This document shows positions 1 to 8,350 of a DNA stretch of 64,000 nucleotides, piece by piece. Numbering within the stretch: the first letter of the stretch is position 1; every line of letters starts with the position of its first letter. Under the pieces are notes generated by a model. That model made no database searches. It worked only from the letters and a program-made list of their open reading frames with translations, and was not told the DNA's origin. Source of the stretch: Candidatus Tayloriibacteriota bacterium (GTDB taxonomy: Bacteria; Patescibacteriota; Minisyncoccia; Phycocordibacterales; PALSA-1337); the NCBI GenBank assembly GCA_016215455.1, contig JACRJP010000003.1, positions 124 to 64,123 of the forward strand. Direction: 5' to 3'. Position numbers and translations under genes: made by a program.

Positions 1-741
1 GGTACTTGCGTAGGGGAAAGTGTTGAGTGCTGTTGTTGTAGCAGTGAAGTTTGCTCCGACGACTTGGCCAACGACTGAGAGAGCTGCGTATGGTGAGGTG
101 GTACCGATACCAATTTTCCCTGTAGAAAGAGCTGTAAATACATTAGCACTTCCCTGTCCTAACAAATTAAGAATACTACCAGCACCAGCCTGACTGAATG
201 TTACAAAGTTAGATGCTGTACTTGTTGAATTTGTTGCATCTGAACGAAGGAATTGTGCTGAATCATACCCTTCGAGTGTTTTTGCTACAAAAGCAGCTGG
301 AACAGCTCCCAACAATTTACGTGGAGTCATTTCTCCATCCCATGACGGTGTATTTCCTGAACCTCCAATATTAATACCGAGATAGAGTGTCTGATTGAAA
401 TCAACACCAGTAAATGCTGTTGTACTTCCGAGCAATGTACTAAACAAACCACTTGTTATCGGAATACGATTATCAGTTCCTGTTCCACTACATGCTGTAC
501 CTTTACACCATGTTTCAGTCCACAAAGGTGAACCACCTGTTGGTGTTGTATAGAGTTTAAATTCAATATTGTAACTTCCATCAGATACCGCAACGTTACT
601 ACTATTAGTAAGTTTACCTTGATAATTAATTTGCTGATTAAATGCTGCACGAGCAACATTTGTAGTACCTAATCCAAATGGCAATACCATAACGCCACAA
701 ACGACACTCAGAATAAGTGTCCTTTGTGCTACATATTTCAT
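1..741 (-). CDS. Large secreted surface/adhesin protein, N-terminal part (runs off the window edge)
   Basis: Not in the ORF track because it has no stop in the window. Hand translation from ATG at 741: MKYVAQRTLILSVVCGVMVLPFGLGTTNVARAAFNQQINYQGKLTNSS...LWTETW...GLFSTLLG...LYLGINIG...GEMTPRKLLGAVPAAF...GKIGIGTTSPYAALSV. Signal peptide, an INYQGKL N-domain and a GIGTTSP repeat typical of CPR tail-fibre-like surface proteins. Confidence 0.8.
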   Translation of the reverse strand, partial: MKYVAQRTLILSVVCGVMVLPFGLGTTNVARAAFNQQINYQGKLTNSSNVAVSDGSYNIEFKLYTTPTGGSPLWTETWCKGTACSGTGTDNRIPITSGLFSTLLGSTTAFTGVDFNQTLYLGINIGGSGNTPSWDGEMTPRKLLGAVPAAFVAKTLEGYDSAQFLRSDATNSTSTASNFVTFSQAGAGSILNLLGQGSANVFTALSTGKIGIGTTSPYAALSVVGQVVGANFTATTTALNTFPYAST

Positions 742-758
742 TATAGAAATATAGTTTT

Positions 759-2183
759 TCACGTTATGTAATGTTTAATCTTCCGCACAACAAGTCGCAC
801 AAGCAGGAGAAGAGCAATGATAATAAGAATGAAGATCACGATTGGGATAATGAAATCAACAACATCGTATCGAGGTTCTGGATTCTTGGTTGATGTCTCT
901 GATATATCGTGTGGCACGATAAATGCTCCCTCGAGTTTTTTGAGAGATCTCTGTTTATAATCGAGAATTGTGATACTAAAATTATACGTCCCTGCTCGTT
1001 CGAAATTATCGAGAGTTGTTTCATACGCTGTCTTTTCTTTATTTAAATGAAGAAGATATGCATACTTTTTATTATTATTAGTAGGATCTTGAATAGTAAC
1101 TGCTACTGTTTTGAGGTTTTCAGGCAACTTATCATACGCGATCGATAATGTGACATTATCTCGTTCATCAAGTTGAATTGAACTCTGTGTAAATGATATT
1201 TTTTCTCCACGTTGTTTGAAATCAAAATCAACAAGATTAACTGTAGTAGAAGCTTTTGTTCCAACAACAGGCACTAAAGGAAATTGAGAAAAAGGATCAG
1301 GTACAACAGGAATGATAATTACTGACGAAGTCGCATCAGGTGCTTGAGTAATCTTTGTAGGAACAATAATTTTTACAACAGCACCTGATGAGTAATTCCC
1401 TGCATAATCACGAGCGAATGCTGCATAATAATATGTTGCACCAGATTTAATACTTGAGTCAGTTGTATATGATCCTCGTCCTTCATATACCACCTTTCCA
1501 TCAAATGGATCTTTTGGAAAGAATGTCTCGGAACGCAAAACTCGAACAACATCGAAATCGTTGTCACTTGGATTTCTCCATGTAAGTTGGATTGCATCGC
1601 CTCTGATCGTACCTTCAAGTCGAGAAATATTTGCAGGAGCTGAAGAGTCAGGGATAGCAAGAGTGATGAATGCGAGACCCTTTACACTTGTTACTACCTG
1701 ACGAGTATCTTGACCATCAATACGGAAGTAATATGTTTGATTTGGAAATAGGTTTTCTATTTTAACACTGTGATTATTCGCATAGTTAATCTCAGATACG
1801 GTGCCGAGTTCATAATCATTCGTAAGTCCCCATGCCAAAGTTCCGATAGAAACACGATTTGTTTTCCATGTAATAACAACTGAAGTAGCCCCTGGACGAA
1901 CTTCAACATCAGACAATATGAGATTTGCGTACGAAGGAGTACTACCGCCACTCGATCCACTTGGTGTAGGAGTGATACAGTCATTTGAACAATTTGAAGT
2001 ATTCTCTCCAAGAGAGCTCTCACATATATTATTGTTATTACAACCCTGTACATTAAGCTCCACTTCAACATTTGAGGCCTGTCCTGAATATGGCAACACA
2101 ACACCAACCACGCAGAATGTAACCGCTATGAGCGTTGCAAATCGGTGGAGGAGTTGGTTTGTTGATAAAGAAGAGCTTCGCAT
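759..2183 (-). CDS. Membrane-anchored surface protein with Fn3/purple-acid-phosphatase-N-like Ig domains
   Basis: N-terminal signal/TM, Cys motif CNNNNICESSLGENTSNCSNDC, Fn3 signatures (VITWKT...HSVKIENLFPNQTYYF; LTWRNP...YYYAAFARD), C-terminal TM followed by a basic tail. Confidence 0.75.
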   Translation of the reverse strand: MRSSSLSTNQLLHRFATLIAVTFCVVGVVLPYSGQASNVEVELNVQGCNNNNICESSLGENTSNCSNDCITPTPSGSSGGSTPSYANLILSDVEVRPGATSVVITWKTNRVSIGTLAWGLTNDYELGTVSEINYANNHSVKIENLFPNQTYYFRIDGQDTRQVVTSVKGLAFITLAIPDSSAPANISRLEGTIRGDAIQLTWRNPSDNDFDVVRVLRSETFFPKDPFDGKVVYEGRGSYTTDSSIKSGATYYYAAFARDYAGNYSSGAVVKIIVPTKITQAPDATSSVIIIPVVPDPFSQFPLVPVVGTKASTTVNLVDFDFKQRGEKISFTQSSIQLDERDNVTLSIAYDKLPENLKTVAVTIQDPTNNNKKYAYLLHLNKEKTAYETTLDNFERAGTYNFSITILDYKQRSLKKLEGAFIVPHDISETSTKNPEPRYDVVDFIIPIVIFILIIIALLLLVRLVVRKIKHYIT

Positions 2184-2191
2184 AATGTTTT

Positions 2192-2932
2192 CTATAATGT
2201 CGTTGCGGTGACAATAACCGTTGTACTATAACTTCCTGCATCCTGAATCTTCGAAGTACCTATAGCTGCTCGATACTTAATGGTGGTAGTTGCTCCGTTT
2301 GGATGGTTTGAAGATGCTCCTGTTGCAACAATTTTATTTACCGTAGAGAGACCGTCCCAACACTTATCAACCGTGTCTAAACCTCCTGCATTACAAATTG
2401 ATCCATTGTCACGAAAACGTGCATCGACATCGACTCCTTCAGGAGTGAAACCGAACCTCGATTCGGTTGCTGCATAGGTGTAATCGTAATCAGGATCAGC
2501 TCCACTTGGTGCATAGTCATCAAAACTTGCACCACCTGGACCTTGCAATGCAGGACTTGTTACCGAACGAACTGAAAGTGTATACCCTGCCGCATTGTCA
2601 GTAAGAACTGTCCATGTACTTGAAGCAGTACTAAAACCTCCAGCCAAACCATTCAAACTTGGAAGAGCGTCATCATTTGGAGAAGTAATCGAAATATATG
2701 AAGATTGCATTTGTTGATATCCTGCATACATTGAGTACGATGTACTTGAAGAAAAACCAGTACCAATTTCTCCCATCGTCGCATCATCTTTATAGTTCGT
2801 ACTCTGACTTGGTGCTCCACCGAAATTAACTGAATCTGAATTCATACGATAGCTTGAACTTCCCATAACAAAAGCTTTGAGACTTACCGGCACTATGAGT
2901 GTGAGTATTGTTATAAGAAGAATAAGTCGCAT
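2192..2932 (-). CDS. Secreted WxL-like/fibre subunit (paralogue of 3961-4629)
   Basis: Signal peptide; WTVLTDNAAGYTLSV and C-terminal GSYSTTVIVTATTL, both matched in the 222-aa neighbour. Confidence 0.6.
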   Translation of the reverse strand: MRLILLITILTLIVPVSLKAFVMGSSSYRMNSDSVNFGGAPSQSTNYKDDATMGEIGTGFSSSTSYSMYAGYQQMQSSYISITSPNDDALPSLNGLAGGFSTASSTWTVLTDNAAGYTLSVRSVTSPALQGPGGASFDDYAPSGADPDYDYTYAATESRFGFTPEGVDVDARFRDNGSICNAGGLDTVDKCWDGLSTVNKIVATGASSNHPNGATTTIKYRAAIGTSKIQDAGSYSTTVIVTATTL

Positions 2933-2940
2933 ATGTAATG

Positions 2941-3948
2941 TTATACTTTTCTCTTAAATTCAAATCGACTTGCAATGTAGTATCCCAAACCAACAACGAA
3001 CACGATCACACCAAAGAGAGCTGCGAGGATTTTCCATGGAATTACCCAGAATGTGACAACTCGTTCATCAACGATATTGCCGTAGCCTCGATTCAAGTGA
3101 AGCGTTGCTTTGTAACGTCCAATGAGATACACCTTATCCCATTCAACACTACGATAGCGGAGAGAGTTAGGAAGTGAGAAGTAAGCATCGACTGGAAGTG
3201 TCGTGACTTTCCGGCCGAATGTATTGGTAATATCAACAGTACCAAATGGTACAAGGTGGATAGAACCACTGTTATTGTAGAGAATTTCAAAGGTTGTAGG
3301 TCCTTGCTGTCGGATAAATGAAGTACTTGGCTGGACTCGAAATTCTTCAACTGATCCAGATTCATTTGCATCTCCATTTACTCGAACAAAGAAAAGAACT
3401 CCCAATCGAGAAATTATCTTATTTTGAGCAACTGTTTGAGAATTCTGTGCAGACTGTTCATCTTTATCTGGTTCATTCGAGATAAGAACTGATGAATAGA
3501 ATCCTCCTGGCTGTGCGTCTTGTGGAACATTGATCGATATAGGAATATTGATTCGCTGTCCAAATTCAAGAGTAAACTCACGTACCTCAGGAACAAGGTT
3601 GTCCTTGAATGAGTACGGACTCTTATCATTTCCAAGAAGCACGACCGGCTTATCAATATCTCGTGAACCCACGAAGTCTTCCACTTCTATCTTAAAGTGT
3701 ACCTTTCGTTTAATACGATTTGTAATACTGATACTTCGTGTCACCGATTCTCCAGGATTAAGGAACACCTCTACCTTACCCGGTTCAAGAACAAAGTCGT
3801 TTTGTTCAGTCACAGCTACAGGAGCAAGTGTAACCGCGTGAACATACTGAGGTATCGCAACAACACCGAAAGCAACCATGAGACTTATTCCCAATCCGGT
3901 CATATATGAAATTGTTCGAGAATGTGTAGTCATAATAATCTTCTTCAT
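2941..3948 (-). CDS. DUF916/DUF3324-like (WxL-interacting, Ig-fold) protein with C-terminal TM anchor
   Basis: Signal peptide; LNPGESVTRSISITN...INVPQDAQPGGFYSSVL...LFFVRVNG...NSGSIHL...GRYKATL...FWVIPWK then TM. Confidence 0.7.
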   Translation of the reverse strand: MKKIIMTTHSRTISYMTGLGISLMVAFGVVAIPQYVHAVTLAPVAVTEQNDFVLEPGKVEVFLNPGESVTRSISITNRIKRKVHFKIEVEDFVGSRDIDKPVVLLGNDKSPYSFKDNLVPEVREFTLEFGQRINIPISINVPQDAQPGGFYSSVLISNEPDKDEQSAQNSQTVAQNKIISRLGVLFFVRVNGDANESGSVEEFRVQPSTSFIRQQGPTTFEILYNNSGSIHLVPFGTVDITNTFGRKVTTLPVDAYFSLPNSLRYRSVEWDKVYLIGRYKATLHLNRGYGNIVDERVVTFWVIPWKILAALFGVIVFVVGLGYYIASRFEFKRKV

Positions 3949-3960
3949 ATGAAGAATTGA

Positions 3961-4629
3961 TTAGATTGTTGTTGCTGTTGCTGTGATTGTTGCAGTGTAG
4001 GTACCAGAGTCAATGTAAATACCTTTTTGTTCGACTGCATAACAAAGAGTTGTATCAACTCCTGATGTTGTTGTAGTAGAAGAACGAGTTGCAATTGTTG
4101 GACTTGCTGATGTAGTAAATCCTCGGTACTTCAATGTTGTTGATGGAGTACTTGTTGCACCACATGAGACACCTCCTGTAGCTGTACCGTATGTACTTGT
4201 GTTTACATCAGTTCCAAAAGCACTGTAACCAAATTCTGCTCGACCTGTTGGAATCGTACTCCACAATTCCGGTGTAGTTGTTGTTGCAAAGTCATTCACA
4301 TACTGTGAACCACTAACACGCATTGCTGGGTTTGTTGAAGCCGCAACAGTGAGTGTGTATCCAAGTACATTATTTGTCTTCACGTTCCATGTAGTAGTTG
4401 CAATTGCTGTGTTCACCGCAGCACCCAATGCTGTACTCATTGTAGTATCAGCTGGACTGGTGATCGTAATACCTGTATCAACTTGCAATGTAACGACAAC
4501 ACTATCAGTTGCTGTCGCCGCATCAACAAGATTTGGTTCAAGATATATACCACTTGCAATAAGCACTAATGTAACAATGAGAGACATTCCCAAAGTCTTC
4601 TTTAATGTTGTTATTGTAAATTGTTTCAT
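3961..4629 (-). CDS. Secreted Thr-rich WxL-like/fibre subunit (candidate major subunit)
   Basis: Signal peptide ending VDA; N-terminal strand DSVVVTLQV; WNVKTNNVLGYTLTV; C-terminal GTYTATITATATTI. Confidence 0.6.
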   Translation of the reverse strand: MKQFTITTLKKTLGMSLIVTLVLIASGIYLEPNLVDAATATDSVVVTLQVDTGITITSPADTTMSTALGAAVNTAIATTTWNVKTNNVLGYTLTVAASTNPAMRVSGSQYVNDFATTTTPELWSTIPTGRAEFGYSAFGTDVNTSTYGTATGGVSCGATSTPSTTLKYRGFTTSASPTIATRSSTTTTSGVDTTLCYAVEQKGIYIDSGTYTATITATATTI

Positions 4630-4684
4630 GTTGATAATTTTTATTCCTAACTACTGAATGATGAGAGCACGACCTCTCTTCACA

Positions 4685-4725
4685 TTCATGTGTCGTGAAC
4701 CAACTCTTGGTCCACCACACATGAA
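4685..4725 (-). promoter_or_regulatory. Long intergenic stem-loop upstream of the candidate major subunit gene
   Basis: Minus strand TTCATGTGT-G-GTGGACCAA-GAG-TTGGTTCAC-G-ACACATGAA, with no U-tract after it. Confidence 0.6.
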
Positions 4726-4732
4726 CACGAAG

Positions 4733-5620
4733 CTACTTTTTCACAGGCACAACAACATACATATATTTGTCATTCGTTTCTTTTTTAAATACTGGCTGAA
4801 TAACACCTGATACTCCTGTATCATCTGACCAGATTTTTACTTCATCAGAAAAATTTTCCTGAACTGTTGTCTTTACCTGTGTATCAGTAACAACATCTCC
4901 TGATGAGGCAACAACGACCATACCTTGATACGTACCGTTACTCATGCAGTAGTCATTAGCTGAATGACATACTGGCTCACCACCGAATAGTGGTGAGAGG
5001 GCTGCATACTCGATAAGAGCAAGACGATTGACGAGAGTTACAATTGGTACGACAACATTTGCAACAAGACCTACCTGAGATGAAGGAGTAACACCGGCAG
5101 GTGTTCGAATAACTTCAATATTTGATGTCGCAACTGTTGGTGTTGGAGATGTTCGTACTTCACTCAATGTTTGAGACTCTGATGAAGTTAGGTATGAAGG
5201 TAATGCCACGATCGAAAGAAGGACAAAAGTAAAAACACCGACAGCAACCATAAGTGCCGCAGGAGAGATTTTTGGAATTGGAAATGAAATATGATGTGAT
5301 GAAGATTTCTCTTGAATAGTATTTGTAGTAGGTGGAGTTGTTTTCTCTGAATCAATTTTTCGAACCATTACTTCATGAACATTGAGAGGTTGTGCTACGG
5401 GCTGACTAGGCACTGAAATCTTTTGATCGAGTGTTCGAACATTCTTCTCGTAATTGAGGATGTCTTGTTCAGCAACAAACCACACTCGACCAACTCGGCG
5501 AGAATCAATTTTTGATCCTCGACAAAGCTGACCGATGTAGTCAGATGTATATCCTGTGAGAAGCGACGCGCTCTTCGCAGAAATATATTTCTTGCCTTCG
5601 AAAATAAATTCCGGGTGCAT
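4733..5620 (-). CDS. Membrane-tethered helix-turn-helix protein (N-terminal MerR/excisionase-like HTH, TM, extracytoplasmic C-domain)
   Basis: YISAKSASLLTGYTSDYIGQLCRGSKIDSRRVGRVWFV at the N-terminus; hydrophobic segment AALMVAVGVFTFVLLSIVALP. Confidence 0.7.
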   Translation of the reverse strand: MHPEFIFEGKKYISAKSASLLTGYTSDYIGQLCRGSKIDSRRVGRVWFVAEQDILNYEKNVRTLDQKISVPSQPVAQPLNVHEVMVRKIDSEKTTPPTTNTIQEKSSSHHISFPIPKISPAALMVAVGVFTFVLLSIVALPSYLTSSESQTLSEVRTSPTPTVATSNIEVIRTPAGVTPSSQVGLVANVVVPIVTLVNRLALIEYAALSPLFGGEPVCHSANDYCMSNGTYQGMVVVASSGDVVTDTQVKTTVQENFSDEVKIWSDDTGVSGVIQPVFKKETNDKYMYVVVPVKK

Positions 5621-5635
5621 AGTGGTAGTGCAATT

Positions 5636-5893
5636 ATTATACGGCAGAGATATCGAACCGAGATTATTAAATCTCGGAAAAGCTGGGGATAAGTTCGGAT
5701 AGCCGAGAACAAAATATTTTAAGCCATATACTTCCGATATCTCGGACGAGATTATTACGTAAATATTTTTGTATCTCGGATAGTTTTTTATAGTAATTTT
5801 GTATATAAAAATTATTTACATTACTACACCTTATTTAGAAATATAGTGTGTATAAAAACGCTAAATAAAAAATATCTCGGCTACCCGAGATAT
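5636..5893. promoter_or_regulatory. Promoter region with an array of ATCTCGG/CCGAGAT dyads (candidate operators)
   Basis: Minus-strand TATAAT at 5636-5641. Dyads CCGAGAT-N6-ATCTCGG (5658-5677), GTTCGG-ATAG-CCGAGAAC (5693-5710), ATCTCG-GA-CGAGAT (5739-5752), half-site TATCTCGGATAG (5772-5783), ATATCTCGG-CTAC-CCGAGATAT (5872-5893). Confidence 0.7.
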
Positions 5894-5928
5894 CCTTATA
5901 TTATTTAGTTCTTTTTCAAAAAAACTCA

Positions 5929-6813
5929 TTAATTACCAAGCAGCTTCATAAAGGTTATTGGATCGATAGAAACTCCTTGAACCTTAACCGAGATATGCAA
6001 ATGAGCACCTTCAGCGTATCCAGTTTTACCTGACAATCCAATTTCCTGACCTCGCACAACTCTCTCTCCTTCTCTAACTTTTATCTTTGAAAGATGTAAA
6101 TAGAGGGTCACAATTCCTTGCCCATGGTCAATAGCTATTAAATTACCGTACGCTCGAAATTCACGTGCCAATCGAACAACTCCATCATTCATCGCAATCA
6201 CAGAAGTTCCTTCTGCTGCACGAAAATCTGTACCCTTGTGAGCAATGAGTGACGTACCAGTTACTCGTGAATATCCATACGTATCAGTAACAAAAATATC
6301 TTTAATAGGATATATAAAATTTTTACTCCACAAACGAGTAGAGGTACTGATAATATTTCGTAAAACTTCAGCTTCAGTATTGAGTGACTGAATAAGTTTC
6401 TTTTCTGCTTCTTTAGTATTACCTCCAAGTTGTTGTGGTATACCGAGAGGTGCCTCTACCTTTTTACGAGCAATAATTTTGAGTGTAGTTGAGGTGGCTG
6501 TACCATCAACAAAAAATACTGTCACCGGATAGTTCCCTGTCTTAGCTGCAAGATCAATACCTCCAATAGCGGTAGATTGGTCTTTGTATAGGAAAGTAGC
6601 AAGAGTCTTATTTTGAAATACAACCTTCTTTATATTCTCACTACTTGTCCCAGTTACAGCAACAAGAAAAGGTTCCCCTTGTAAAGATTGTTCTGGTTCA
6701 AGTCTTACAGCAAATACAACCGGACTTGAAGAGGTTGCTACATGTACCGGTACCTGATGTTGCTGATTAAGACCAAATAACGAGGCAAGAAAAATTATGA
6801 TAGATGAGAACAT
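5929..6813 (-). CDS. M23 family metallopeptidase (peptidoglycan endopeptidase)
   Basis: HKGTDF, YGN, YLHLS and HLH motifs; N-terminal signal. Confidence 0.9.
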   Translation of the reverse strand: MFSSIIIFLASLFGLNQQHQVPVHVATSSSPVVFAVRLEPEQSLQGEPFLVAVTGTSSENIKKVVFQNKTLATFLYKDQSTAIGGIDLAAKTGNYPVTVFFVDGTATSTTLKIIARKKVEAPLGIPQQLGGNTKEAEKKLIQSLNTEAEVLRNIISTSTRLWSKNFIYPIKDIFVTDTYGYSRVTGTSLIAHKGTDFRAAEGTSVIAMNDGVVRLAREFRAYGNLIAIDHGQGIVTLYLHLSKIKVREGERVVRGQEIGLSGKTGYAEGAHLHISVKVQGVSIDPITFMKLLGN

Positions 6814-6862
6814 ATATCACAGTATACTCTGTTTCTCTATCTATGTTAAAATTTATTCACTT

Positions 6863-7876
6863 ATGACACACAAAAGATTTTTGAAAGGAAGTATCGCTCT
6901 TGTATTTAGTATTGCAATGACAATCCCCTCTGTAACCGAAGCTGCATCTGTTTGTATTAATATTCCTTTCAATCTTGCTGTTGGTGCAACAAACTCAGCA
7001 TCACAAAACAATGTAGGAATTCTTCAAAACTATCTCGTTAAAGAAGGCTATCTTGTAACAAAATCTTTTGGACGCTTTGGACCAGCTACCGAAGACGCTG
7101 TGAAAAAATTCCAACGAGCTCACAATATCAGTGCGAGCGGTTTCGTGGGACCTATTACTCGATCTGCACTCAAGTCTCTTACCTGCTCTACACCTTCCCC
7201 TGTCTCAACTCCAGTAACATCTCCACTACCCGCAACGACTACTCCTATATCAGTAAAACCAACAGGCACTCCTTTAGTCGTCACCTATCCTCAAACAAAT
7301 CGTTCATTTACTATCGCTGATCAATTATCAATTACCTGGACAGGACCAAAGAATGATTCAGTTGATATCATTCTCGAAGACAGCAATGGCGTAGCAGTTG
7401 GACACATTGCTTCAAATCTTTATAACGTCAATCATTTTTCATGGAAAGTTGGTGATATCTCAACAAACGGAAGCTCTCAAGATACTCTAAGTGAGCCAGG
7501 AGTATACAAGATTCGTGTTCGTAGTACTCTAAAAGGTCAACAAGCGGGAGACGCGACAAGTGCACTTATCACCATCAATGCGATACCTCTCTATATACGT
7601 TCAATATCTCCTGCTTCAGTTCCAGCTGATGGAAAAACAACCGCTATTATCCAAGGTAATGGCTTCAACAATCTTTCTTCTGTCCGACTCGGTGGAGATA
7701 GAGGAACACGAATAAGTGCAACATACATCTCTCCTGATGGAAAAATGATGTCATTCTATATTCCTACATATATAGAGCCGGGAGCTTACGATATTAGAGT
7801 ACGTAATAGTTACACTGTAGCAAGTACAACACTAAGTAATCCAGTATCACTCATCGTGACAGGAGCTTCTAATTAA
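6863..7876 (+). CDS. Secreted peptidoglycan-binding protein with Ig-like and IPT/TIG domains
   Basis: Start MTHKRF; LQNYL...GRFGPATEDAVKKFQRAHNISASGFVGPITR (PG_binding_1); C-terminal ISPAS...IQGNGF...PGAYDIRVRN. Confidence 0.85.
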   Translation: MTHKRFLKGSIALVFSIAMTIPSVTEAASVCINIPFNLAVGATNSASQNNVGILQNYLVKEGYLVTKSFGRFGPATEDAVKKFQRAHNISASGFVGPITRSALKSLTCSTPSPVSTPVTSPLPATTTPISVKPTGTPLVVTYPQTNRSFTIADQLSITWTGPKNDSVDIILEDSNGVAVGHIASNLYNVNHFSWKVGDISTNGSSQDTLSEPGVYKIRVRSTLKGQQAGDATSALITINAIPLYIRSISPASVPADGKTTAIIQGNGFNNLSSVRLGGDRGTRISATYISPDGKMMSFYIPTYIEPGAYDIRVRNSYTVASTTLSNPVSLIVTGASN

Positions 7877-8349
7877 ATAGTTTGATTGAGTTTATATTTT
7901 TCTACTAACCAATCAGAAGCATATTCTTTGTACTGGGGACGGAGAGATTCTGGTATTAGAGAAAAGGCACCTATGATTTTTCGACATGATGCTGTATTAC
8001 ATAAACATTCCATTCTCCAATCACCATCTTCTGTCATTGCATAATCCCAAAGTAATTCATCTCCCTTCTTTACATCTTTTATAGTTACAAGAGTAAACAA
8101 TCCCTTGATACCACAATTTGGTTCACATGAATGATTGATATAACGAGCCATACTATTACTATCCCTCCATTTATGTTCTTCGAATTGAATTGCATGATCT
8201 CTAATATCTACAGGTAGGTCAGTACACTTTTCAGCTTCATATATAGGACCATCGAATACAGCCACGACTTCTCCCTTAGCAATATCAGAGTTTGCTATAA
8301 GACATTTACCAAATCGATTTGTTCCTACATTTACCTTAGGGTTATTCAT
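7873..8349 (-). CDS. SET-domain protein-lysine methyltransferase with post-SET
   Basis: ARYINHSCEPNC, GDELLWDY and post-SET CLCNTASCR. Confidence 0.92.
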   Translation of the reverse strand: MNNPKVNVGTNRFGKCLIANSDIAKGEVVAVFDGPIYEAEKCTDLPVDIRDHAIQFEEHKWRDSNSMARYINHSCEPNCGIKGLFTLVTIKDVKKGDELLWDYAMTEDGDWRMECLCNTASCRKIIGAFSLIPESLRPQYKEYASDWLVEKYKLNQTI

Positions 8350-8350
8350 A

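Noticed and set aside
5640-5900. CRISPR array or iteron origin
   Set aside because: The repeats are only 7-9 nt, inverted and irregularly spaced; no cas or rep gene.
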